Below are positions 10,463-18,176 of a stretch of 32,000 nucleotides of DNA, in pieces. Below the pieces are notes generated by a model. That model did not search any database and was not told the origin of the DNA. It was given only the letters and a program-made list of their open reading frames with translations. Position 1 is the stretch's first letter; each line of letters starts with the position of its first letter. Origin of the DNA: Pseudomonas aeruginosa (GTDB lineage Bacteria; Pseudomonadota; Gammaproteobacteria; Pseudomonadales; Pseudomonadaceae). Location of the stretch: NCBI RefSeq assembly GCF_001457615.1, contig NZ_LN831024.1, positions 5,190,001 to 5,222,000 on the forward strand, written 5' to 3'. A program made the position numbers and the translations under genes.

Positions 10463-11467
10463 TCAGCGGCCTTCGACGATGCGTTCGAAGCCCTCGCGGA
10501 TACTGTCCTCCGGCAGGTTGTCGCCGATGAACACGATCACGCTCTCGCGCGCCTCGTCGTCCCGCCACTCGCTATCCCAGTCGAAGCCGTAGAGTCGCAG
10601 CACGCCCTGGAACACCAGGCGACGCGGCTCGTCGGCGATGTTCAGCACGCCCTTGTAGCGCAGCAGGGAGTTGCCATGCCACTGCAACAGGTCGTCCATG
10701 AACTCGCTCAGCCTTTCGAGATCGAGCGGCGTGTCGCTGCGCAGTACCAGGGTGCCGATGCGATCGCGGCTGTCCTTGGCTGCCACCGCTCGCAGCGGGC
10801 GCAGGCCGATGCCAGGACCGAGGTCGGCGTTGAGGTTGAAGCCACGTACGTCGAGCAGGTGCGCCAGGTCGATGCGGCCGTGCTCGACCACATGCACCAG
10901 CGCCCTCCGGTTGATCCGTTGCAGGCGCTGGCCCAGGGCCTCGAAGGTGGCGGCGTCGACCAGGTCGGTCTTGCTCACCAGGATGCGGTCGGCGAAGCCG
11001 ACCTGGGCCTGGGCGATGGTTTCCTGCAGGTGACGCTCGGCGTTGGCGGCGTCCACCAGGGTGATGATGCCGTCCAGCACGTAGCGCTGGCAGAGTTCCT
11101 CGTCGGCGAAGAAGGTCTGCGCCACCGGCGCCGGATCGGCCAGGCCGGTGCACTCGATCACCAGGCGGTCGAAGTCGATTTCGCCGTTGTCGCGGCGCTC
11201 CAGCAGGAGGAACAGGGCCTTTTCCAGGTCGGTGTTGATCGAGCAGCAGACGCAGCCGTTGGACAGCGTCATCACCTGCACCGGCTCGACGCCGAGCAAC
11301 TGGCCGTCGATCGGCGTCTCGCTGTACTCGTTCTCGATCACCGCGATCTTCATGCCGTGCTCGGCCTGCAGCAGGTACTTGAGCAGGGTGGTCTTGCCGG
11401 CGCCGAGGAAGCCGGTGAGCACGGTGACGGGGATCAGGGCGGGGTTGTCGTTGGCTACTTCGGACAT
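10463..11467 (-). CDS. COG0523-family (CobW/YjiA-like) G3E P-loop GTPase, putative metallochaperone
   Basis: 334 aa from ATG 11467, with GGAAG 6 nt upstream. Walker A GFLGAGKTTLL, CxCC motif GCVCCS and an SKTDL (NKxD-like) motif. The track start at 11473 is a TTG two codons upstream. Confidence 0.88.
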   Translation of the reverse strand: MSEVANDNPALIPVTVLTGFLGAGKTTLLKYLLQAEHGMKIAVIENEYSETPIDGQLLGVEPVQVMTLSNGCVCCSINTDLEKALFLLLERRDNGEIDFDRLVIECTGLADPAPVAQTFFADEELCQRYVLDGIITLVDAANAERHLQETIAQAQVGFADRILVSKTDLVDAATFEALGQRLQRINRRALVHVVEHGRIDLAHLLDVRGFNLNADLGPGIGLRPLRAVAAKDSRDRIGTLVLRSDTPLDLERLSEFMDDLLQWHGNSLLRYKGVLNIADEPRRLVFQGVLRLYGFDWDSEWRDDEARESVIVFIGDNLPEDSIREGFERIVEGR

Positions 11468-11477
11468 GCGCAACTTC

Positions 11478-11510
11478 CAGAAAAGACGCGGGCCACGTCA
11501 GACGTGGCCC
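11478..11510 (-). terminator. Terminator-like hairpin inside the cstA cluster, between the ybdD-like and COG0523 genes
   Basis: On the minus strand: GGGCCACGTC-t-GACGTGGCCC (perfect 10-bp arms, 11490-11510), followed by GCGTCTTTTCT. It sits immediately upstream of the COG0523 RBS. Confidence 0.45.
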
Positions 11511-11526
11511 ACGGAAGGATGGGGAT

Positions 11527-11730
11527 TCAGCAGCAGCGGATCGGCCGACCCTTGCCGCCACCGTAGCGCGCCTCCTGGCGCTCGCGGAAGAACTCCTCGT
11601 AGGTCATCACCGGCTTGTCCGGGTGCTTGTTGCGCATGTGCTCGACATAGGTGTCGTAGTCGGGCATGCCGACCAGCATCCGGGCGGCCTGGCCCAGGTA
11701 CTTGCCCATGCGACTGAGGTCATTGAACAT
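11527..11730 (-). CDS. YbdD/YjiX-family small protein (DUF466)
   Basis: 67 aa: [67 protein letters not shown]. It is near-collinear with my recollection of E. coli YbdD, including the C-terminal RCC. It lies 48 nt downstream of cstA. Confidence 0.88.
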   Translation of the reverse strand: MFNDLSRMGKYLGQAARMLVGMPDYDTYVEHMRNKHPDKPVMTYEEFFRERQEARYGGGKGRPIRCC

Positions 11731-11778
11731 GGCGAGTTCCTCGTTAAGGCTCCCCGGCGAACCGGGGAGCGCGGCCGG

Positions 11779-13845
11779 TCAGGCGTCGGGGATGGGCTCG
11801 AACGGGGTTTCCTTGTCGGTCCGCTCGCTCTTGCCCCAGGCCGCGATGCCGACCTTGATGGCGTAGAACAGTACGCTGAACACCACCAGCAGGAACAGCA
11901 CGGTCAGACCGGCGTTGATGTAGGCGTTCAGCACCACGTGCTGCATCTGGCCGATATCCTTGGCCGGCGCCAGCACCTGGCCGGCATCCAGCGCGGTGGC
12001 GTACTTCTCGCCAAGAGCGACGAAGCCGACCGCCGGGTTGCTGTCGAAGATCTTGATCAGGCCCGCGGTGGTGGTGCAGATCAGCAACCAGGCCGCCGGC
12101 AGGATGGTGACCCAGACATACTGCTGGCGCTTCATCTTGATCAGGACCACGGTGGCGAGCATCAGCGCGATGCCGGCGAGCATCTGGTTGGAAATGCCGA
12201 ACAGCGGCCACAGGGTATTGATCCCGCCCAGCGGGTCGACCACGCCCTGGTACAGCAGCCAGCCCCACAGCGCCACGCAGCCGCCGGTGCCGATGATGTT
12301 GGCGGTCCACGACTCGGTCTTCTTCAGCGCCGGCACGAAGTTGCCCAGCAGGTCCTGCAGCATGAAGCGCCCGGCACGGGTGCCGGCGTCCACCGCGGTG
12401 AGGATGAACAAGGCCTCGAAGAGGATCGCGAAGTGGTACCAGAAGGCCATGGTGTTCTCGCCCGGCAGCACCTGGTGGAGGATGTGCGCGATCCCCACCG
12501 CCAGGGTCGGCGCGCCGCCGGCACGGGCCAGGATGGTGGTCTCGCCGATGTCCTGGGCGGTCTGGGTGAGTTGCTCCGGCGTGATGGCGAAGCCCCAGCT
12601 GCTGACGGTCGCGGCCACCGCGTTGACGTCGGCGCCGACCACCGCCGGCGGGCTGTTCATGGCGAAGTAGATGCCTGGTTCGATCACCGAGGCGGCGACC
12701 ATCGCCATGATCGCCACGAAGGACTCCATCAGCATGCCGCCGTAGCCGATGTAGCGGGCGTCGGGCTCGCGGTTGAGCAGCTTCGGCGTGGTCCCCGAGG
12801 AGATCAGCGCGTGGAAGCCGGACACCGCGCCGCAGGCGATGGTGATGAACAGGAACGGGAACAGGCTGCCTTTCCAGACCGGGCCGGTGCCGTCGGTGAA
12901 CTGGGTCAGGGCCGGCATCTTCAGTTCCGGCATGACGATCAGGATGCCGATCGCCAGGCCGATGATGGTGCCGATCTTGAGGAAGGTCGACAGGTAGTCG
13001 CGCGGCGCCAGCAGCAGCCACACCGGCAGTACCGAGGCGACGGCGCCGTAGCCGATCAGCATCCAGGTGATCTGGATTCCACTGAAGGTGAAATGCGGCG
13101 CCCATTCCGGACTGGCCGCGACCTGCCCGCCGAGCCAGATCGAACCGAGCAGGAGGAACACCCCGATGATCGAGATCTCGCCGATCCGGCCGGGGCGGAT
13201 GAAGCGCATGTAGACGCCCATGAACAGCGCGATGGGAATGGTCGCGAGGACGGTGAACATGCCCCAGGGGCTGTCGGCCAGAGCCTTCACCACGATCAGC
13301 GCGAGCACCGCGAGGATGATGATCATGATCAGGAAGGCGCCGAACAGCGCGATGGTCCCGGCCACCTGGCCCATTTCCTCGCGCACCAGCTCGCCCAGCG
13401 AGCGGCCGTTGCGACGGCTGGAGATGAACAGGACCATGAAGTCCTGCACCGCGCCGGCGAGGACTACGCCGGCGATCAGCCAGAGGGTGCCGGGCAGGTA
13501 GCCCATCTGCGCGGCAAGGACCGGACCGACCAGCGGACCGGCGCCGGCGATGGCGGCGAAGTGGTGGCCGAAGAGGATGTGCTTGTTGGTCGGGACGTAG
13601 TCCAGGCCATCGTTGTTGAGTACCGCGGGAGTGGCGCGGTTGGGGTCCAGTTGCATCACCTTGCTGGCGATGAACAGGCTGTAGTAACGGTAGGCGACCA
13701 GGTAGATGGCCACCGCCGCCACCACGATCCACAAGGCGTTGATCGCTTCGCCACGACGCAGGGCGACGACGCCCAGGGCCGCGGCGCCCACGATCGCCAC
13801 CACCAGCCAGGCGAGGTGACGTAGCAGGCTATTGTTATTGTTCAT
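11779..13845 (-). CDS. cstA: Carbon starvation protein CstA (peptide/pyruvate transporter family)
   Basis: 688-aa polytopic membrane protein with ATG at 13845 (GGAAG upstream). It carries the CstA hallmark GHHFAAIAGAGPLVGPVLAAQ, and a ybdD-like gene follows, as in enterobacteria. Confidence 0.93.
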   Translation of the reverse strand: MNNNNSLLRHLAWLVVAIVGAAALGVVALRRGEAINALWIVVAAVAIYLVAYRYYSLFIASKVMQLDPNRATPAVLNNDGLDYVPTNKHILFGHHFAAIAGAGPLVGPVLAAQMGYLPGTLWLIAGVVLAGAVQDFMVLFISSRRNGRSLGELVREEMGQVAGTIALFGAFLIMIIILAVLALIVVKALADSPWGMFTVLATIPIALFMGVYMRFIRPGRIGEISIIGVFLLLGSIWLGGQVAASPEWAPHFTFSGIQITWMLIGYGAVASVLPVWLLLAPRDYLSTFLKIGTIIGLAIGILIVMPELKMPALTQFTDGTGPVWKGSLFPFLFITIACGAVSGFHALISSGTTPKLLNREPDARYIGYGGMLMESFVAIMAMVAASVIEPGIYFAMNSPPAVVGADVNAVAATVSSWGFAITPEQLTQTAQDIGETTILARAGGAPTLAVGIAHILHQVLPGENTMAFWYHFAILFEALFILTAVDAGTRAGRFMLQDLLGNFVPALKKTESWTANIIGTGGCVALWGWLLYQGVVDPLGGINTLWPLFGISNQMLAGIALMLATVVLIKMKRQQYVWVTILPAAWLLICTTTAGLIKIFDSNPAVGFVALGEKYATALDAGQVLAPAKDIGQMQHVVLNAYINAGLTVLFLLVVFSVLFYAIKVGIAAWGKSERTDKETPFEPIPDA

Positions 13846-14140
13846 AGTGTTTGGCTTCCGACAGATGGAGGGCGCAGTTCTGCAGCGAAAATTCTAGCCG
13901 CGAACCGACCAGGGGTCATACGACCTTAGTCTAGAGCGGTTACCGCGCGATGGCGGTAGGCGCAATGTCGCAGGAATCCGCCGGAAAAGTCCATGGCCGA
14001 CAAGGGCCGGCCAGGCGAAAACGCTTCGGCGCGACCTTGCCCTCTCCGTAGGAAGCGCCCTGGGAAAACGCCGTATGCCCAAGCCGTTCGTCTGCCGTGG
14101 CAACGGAGGCGGCAACCTCCGGCGGGCAGGCCGCGCACAC

Positions 14141-14163
14141 GAAAAAGCCCGCCGTAGCGGGCT
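14141..14163 (-). terminator. Rho-independent terminator downstream of the DUF3015-like gene
   Basis: On the minus strand: AGCCCGC-tacg-GCGGGCT followed by TTTTC. It lies 20 nt after the stop at 14183. Confidence 0.75.
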
Positions 14164-14182
14164 CTTTCCTGGGCCTGAAATC

Positions 14183-14689
14183 TCAGGCCGGTTGCTTGGC
14201 GTAGCGCGCCAGGGTGCCGTCGCGACTCATCACCGCCAGGGTGTTGCTCAGGACCTGTTCGCCCGTCGCATCCTTGCTCGCGAAGATCTCGCCGAAATGC
14301 TGCTGGGTGACCTGGGCGAAGTGCGCCCGGTCCTTGGCTTCCACGCCGAGCAGCACGGCATAGGCGTCGAGCGCTTCGCCCTGGCCCTTGGCCATGTCCT
14401 CGGCGATGTTGTCGAGCATCCCGTTCATGGCGAAGATCGAGCGGCCGCCGTAGCCCAGGCGTGCATTGGTGTTGCAACCGTTGGTCCCGGAGGTCATGCC
14501 GAAGGTGGCGTTGCCCGAGGTACCGTTGGTGGTGGTGGCCAGCAGGTGCGGGAACAGGCCGCGCTGGCCCTCGAACACCATGTTGCCCCAACCACAGCCA
14601 TTACCGCCTGCCGCGTCGGCGTGTGCCGTCATGCTGCCCAGGCTCAGCAGCCCCAGAACCAACCCCTTGCTCAAAAGTCGCTTGTCCAT
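14183..14689 (-). CDS. Secreted protein of unknown function (DUF3015-like)
   Basis: 168 aa from ATG 14689, with GGAG upstream. Sec signal [26 protein letters not shown]. Two conserved-looking Cys contexts ([21 protein letters not shown]). The family name is from memory and less certain. The track start at 14830 gives an Arg-rich extension that looks non-coding. Confidence 0.75.
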
Positions 14690-14891
14690 GTCTGCGCTCC
14701 GCAGTTGTATTTTGGAGAAAAACGCTTTAGCAGCTTTGGCGAGACTTGACGAACTGTCAAACTCGGACACATGCCGCCGATCCAGCCGCACAGGCGGGGA
14801 CGGACGGCACCGCCGATCGAATTCCGCCACTTCCCCGCCGGCATGGCTTGGCTATAGTGGTATCCAGCAGCGCGCACCGAGGGATCGCGAC

Positions 14892-15269
14892 ATGAGTGAC
14901 CAGCACGACGAACGACGACGTTTCCACCGGATCGCCTTCGACGCCGACAGCGAGATCCTCCAGGGCGAACGGCGCTGGGAGGTCTTGCTCCACGACGTCT
15001 CCCTGCACGGCATCCTGGTCGGCCAGCCGCAGGACTGGAACGGCGACCCGCAACGGCCCTTCGAGGCCCGCCTGTACCTGGGCCTGGATGTACTGATCCG
15101 CATGGAGATCAGCCTGGCCTGGGCTCGCGACGGCCTGCTCGGCTTCGAATGCCAGCACATCGACCTCGACTCCATCAGCCACCTGCGCCGCCTGGTGGAA
15201 CTGAACCTGGGCGACGAGGAACTCCTCGAGCGCGAGCTGGCCCTGCTGGTCAGCGCCCACGACGACTGA
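14892..15269 (+). CDS. mapZ: Single-domain PilZ c-di-GMP receptor (MapZ)
   Basis: 125 aa from ATG 14892: [17 protein letters not shown]... It has the PilZ motifs RRRFHR (RxxxR) and DVSLHG (D/NxSxxG). Recognised as the PA4608/MapZ sequence. Confidence 0.88.
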
Positions 15270-15275
15270 GGCGGG

Positions 15276-16637
15276 TCACTCGAAGAGGGCGTCCAGGGCC
15301 TGCTCGAGGCGCGTCACGGCGATCACCTGCAATCCCGCCGGCGCCTCCTTCGGCGCGTTGCCGAGGGGTACGATGGCACGCTTGAAACCATGCTTGCCGG
15401 CTTCCTTCAGGCGCTCCTGGCCGCTCGGCACCGGACGCACCTCGCCGGACAGCCCGACCTCGCCGAACACCAGCAGGTCGTGCGGCAGCGGGCGGTTGCG
15501 CAGGCTGGACATCACCGCCGCCATCAACGCCAGGTCGGAGGCGGTTTCCAGCACCTTGACCCCACCCACCACGTTGAGGAACACGTCCTGGTCGTAGGTC
15601 GGGATACCGCCGTGCCGGTGCAGCACCGCCAGCAGCATCGCCAGGCGGTTCTGGTCGAGGCCCAGGGTCACCCGCCGCGGATTCGCCAGGTGACTGGTGT
15701 CGACCAGCGCCTGGACCTCCACCAGCATCGGCCGCGAGCCTTCCCAGGTGGCCATCACCACGCTGCCGGGCACCGCTTCCTGGGCCCGCGTGAGGAAGAT
15801 CGCCGAAGGGTTGCTCACTTCCTTCAGGCCTTTGTCGGTCATGCCGAACACTCCCAGTTCGTTGACCGCGCCGAAGCGGTTCTTCACCGCCCGCAGCAGG
15901 CGCAGGCGGCCGTCTGATTCGCCCTCGAAATACAGTACGGTGTCGACCATGTGTTCGAGCACCCGCGGGCCGGCCAGGGCGCCTTCCTTGGTCACGTGGC
16001 CGACCAGGAAGATCGCCGTGCCGCTCTGCTTGGCATAGCGCACCAGCATCGCGGCGCTCTCGCGGACCTGGGCGACGCCACCCGGCGCCGATTGCAACTG
16101 CTCGGTGAAGATGGTCTGGATCGAGTCGATCACCATCACCCGCGGCTGCTCCTGGCGCGCGGTGGCGATGATGGTTTCGATGCTGGTCTCGGTCATCACC
16201 TTGAGCTTGTCTTCCGGCAACGACAGGCGCCGCGCGCGCATCGCCACCTGCTGCTGGGATTCCTCGCCGGTGACGTACAGCGCCGGGACGCGGCTGGCCA
16301 GGTTGCAAAGGGTCTGCAGGAGAATGGTCGACTTGCCGATGCCGGGATCGCCGCCGATCAGCACCACCGAACCGTCCACCAGGCCGCCGCCGAGAACCCG
16401 GTCCAGTTCGGTGGAGCCGGTCGTGAAGCGCGGCATTTCCTCGACGCTGACCTCCGCCAGGGTCTTCAGGTTGGCCTGCTGGCCGGCCCAGCCGCCGCGG
16501 CCGGAGCCGCTCGGCGCGGCCTCGACGACGGTCTCCACCAGGGTGTTCCAGGCCCCGCAGTCCGCGCACTGGCCGGCCCATTTCGGGAAGGTCGCGCCAC
16601 ACTCGGTGCAGCCGTACATGCGCTTGGCCTTGGCCAT
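15276..16637 (-). CDS. radA: DNA repair protein RadA (Sms)
   Basis: 453 aa from ATG 16637, with GAGGAG upstream. C4 zinc finger CTECGATFPKWAGQCADCGAWN, Walker A GGDPGIGKST, the RadA motif AVKNRFGAVNE and a Lon-protease-like C-terminus. The track start at 16823 is an unsupported extension. Confidence 0.95.
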   Translation of the reverse strand: MAKAKRMYGCTECGATFPKWAGQCADCGAWNTLVETVVEAAPSGSGRGGWAGQQANLKTLAEVSVEEMPRFTTGSTELDRVLGGGLVDGSVVLIGGDPGIGKSTILLQTLCNLASRVPALYVTGEESQQQVAMRARRLSLPEDKLKVMTETSIETIIATARQEQPRVMVIDSIQTIFTEQLQSAPGGVAQVRESAAMLVRYAKQSGTAIFLVGHVTKEGALAGPRVLEHMVDTVLYFEGESDGRLRLLRAVKNRFGAVNELGVFGMTDKGLKEVSNPSAIFLTRAQEAVPGSVVMATWEGSRPMLVEVQALVDTSHLANPRRVTLGLDQNRLAMLLAVLHRHGGIPTYDQDVFLNVVGGVKVLETASDLALMAAVMSSLRNRPLPHDLLVFGEVGLSGEVRPVPSGQERLKEAGKHGFKRAIVPLGNAPKEAPAGLQVIAVTRLEQALDALFE

Positions 16638-16746
16638 GGGAACTCCTCTCGCGGGCAAAGCGCAGATGATAGCCGCTGGCTTGATTCCGATCAGCCTCGA
16701 TCGACCGCGCTTCGCGCGACACTGATGGCCGGACAAGGAGACTTCC

Positions 16747-17181
16747 ATGCGCACACTGCTGTTCCTGCACCTGCTGGGTGCCGCGATCTGGGTCGGCGGC
16801 CACCTGGTCCTGGCCCTCGGCATCCTCCCCGGCGCCCTGCGCCGCCGCGATCCCCAGGCGATCCGCGCCTTCGAGCAGGTCTACGAGCGGATCGGCATCC
16901 CCGCCCTGCTGCTGCAGGTGGTCAGCGGCCTGTGGCTGGCCAGCCTGTGGCTGCCGTTCGACCACTGGTTCGGCGCCACGTCGGTGGCCCGTGCCCTGCA
17001 GCTCAAGCTGCTGCTCCTGGCGGCGACCGCCGCCCTGGGCGTGCATGCGCGCCTGCGCCTGATCCCGAACCTGGACGCCGAGAGCCTGCCGAAGCTGGGC
17101 TGGCACATCGCCGCGATCACCCTGGTGGGCCTGGGTTTCGTCGCGGTCGGACAGAGTTTCCGTTTCGGCGGCGCCTTCTGA
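16747..17181 (+). CDS. Small integral membrane protein, CopD-like (about 4 TM helices)
   Basis: 144 aa, with AAGGAG upstream of ATG 16747. Hydrophobic helices include LLFLHLLGAAIWVGGHLVLALGIL. The family assignment is tentative. Confidence 0.7.
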   Translation: MRTLLFLHLLGAAIWVGGHLVLALGILPGALRRRDPQAIRAFEQVYERIGIPALLLQVVSGLWLASLWLPFDHWFGATSVARALQLKLLLLAATAALGVHARLRLIPNLDAESLPKLGWHIAAITLVGLGFVAVGQSFRFGGAF

Positions 17182-17194
17182 GCATGCCCACATG

Positions 17195-17221
17195 AAAAAG
17201 GGCGCCGGAGGCGCCCTTTTT
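17195..17221. terminator. Bidirectional rho-independent terminator
   Basis: AAAAAGGGCGCC-gga-GGCGCCCTTTTT between convergent genes (stops at 17181 and 17243). The A-run and T-run flanks allow function on both strands. Confidence 0.85.
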
Positions 17222-17242
17222 CATGCCGTTGTCGTGAATGAA

Positions 17243-17497
17243 TCAATGGCCTTTTCCGTTGGCCTTCCTCAGCCTCTCGGCGATTTCGTCCTTGAGTTGC
17301 ACCCGTTGCTGCTTCAACCCCTGCAGCGCCAGGTCGTCGAGGGGTTCGCGACCGCCCTCGACCTCATAGATGCGCTTGTCGAGGCTCTCATAGTCCGCCG
17401 CCAGGCGAGTGAAGTGGGCGTCGTTGCCATGAAGTTGCTTCAGTTCGGCATGAAAATCCGGAAACTCCCGGGAAAGCGGATGTTGCTCGAGCGGCAT
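17243..17497 (-). CDS. YdcH-like protein (DUF465)
   Basis: 84 aa from ATG 17497, with GAGGAGG upstream: MPLEQHPLSREFPDFHAELKQLHGNDAHFTRLAADYESLDKRIYEVE...LKQQRVQLKDEIAERL. This resembles my recollection of E. coli YdcH (…KKQKLQLKDEM…). The 171-aa track ORF is an Arg/Ala-rich upstream extension. Confidence 0.8.
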   Translation of the reverse strand: MPLEQHPLSREFPDFHAELKQLHGNDAHFTRLAADYESLDKRIYEVEGGREPLDDLALQGLKQQRVQLKDEIAERLRKANGKGH

Positions 17498-17571
17498 GAC
17501 GGACCTCCTCTGACGTTGTATACGACACCTCCAGACTAGCCCAGCAGGCCTCCTCCGAACATTGCCCCCGA

Positions 17572-18123
17572 TCACCTCGCCGCCGCAGTGCCGTTCAGTT
17601 CGCCGCGTCGCAGGCTTTCCACGCTGTTGCCCAGCGCATCGCGGGCGCCAAGGTCGGCACCGCGCGCCGACAGCGCCTGGAGCAGCTCCTCGCGCTCGAA
17701 CAGCGCCGCGTACATGGCCGCGGTCTGCCCTGCGCCGTTGCGCTGGTCGGGGCTGCATTGCGCGCCGATCAGGCGCCGGGCGATGCGGACCTCGCCCTTG
17801 AAGATGGCGCCCATCAGGGCGGTGTTGCCGCGCGCATCCTGGACGCAGGGGTCGGCACCGGCCTCCAGCAATTGTTCCACCGCTCCGCCATGGCCGTGGT
17901 AGGCGGCCAGGATCAGCCCGGTATAGCCCTTGGCATCCTGCACATCGAGGTCGAAGCCGGCCTCGACGAACTCCTTCAGCATGGCCTGGTCACCGCGTCG
18001 GGCGGCATCGAAGAAGTAGTCGCGCAACCGCGCTTCGACCTCGACCCCATGCACCTCGCCAGCTTGCGCGGCCAGCGCCGCGAGCAGCAAGCCTGCCAGA
18101 ATCCAACCTCGCATCGTCGTCAT
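17572..18123 (-). CDS. ankB: Periplasmic ankyrin-repeat protein AnkB (supports KatB activity)
   Basis: 183 aa from ATG 18123: MTTMRGWILAGLLLAALAAQA (signal-like), then ankyrin repeats (GYTGLILAAYHGHGGAVEQLLEAGADP, GNTALMGAIFKGEVRIARRLI, GQTAAMYAALFEREELLQAL). It sits directly downstream of katB. ATG 18114 is an alternative start. Confidence 0.85.
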   Translation of the reverse strand: MTTMRGWILAGLLLAALAAQAGEVHGVEVEARLRDYFFDAARRGDQAMLKEFVEAGFDLDVQDAKGYTGLILAAYHGHGGAVEQLLEAGADPCVQDARGNTALMGAIFKGEVRIARRLIGAQCSPDQRNGAGQTAAMYAALFEREELLQALSARGADLGARDALGNSVESLRRGELNGTAAAR

Positions 18124-18176
18124 CTCCCACCAAACCGATAGAGGAAGGGCGGCCTGGATGGCCGCCCCGGTTGCGA

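Noticed and set aside
13846-14140. Small ORFs (for example 13894-14115 minus, 73 aa) and a possible sRNA in the 337-bp cstA leader
   Set aside because: The ORF translations are Arg/Pro-rich with no RBS. Apart from short GC hairpins (for example GGAGG-cggcaa-CCTCC at about 14105-14120), I see no promoter-plus-terminator pair that would define an independent RNA.
16638-16823. N-terminal extensions proposed by the ORF track. Affected genes: radA, nfxB (3489), the DUF3015-like gene (14830), fprB (21690), cytochrome c (27102), the ydcH-like gene (17758), ankB (18180) and the Mo large subunit (30291).
   Set aside because: The extensions begin at TTG/GTG or unsupported ATG codons, encode Arg-rich non-native-looking sequence, and often overlap the upstream gene or promoter. 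Internal ATGs have good Shine-Dalgarno sequences and give canonical N-termini or signal peptides.
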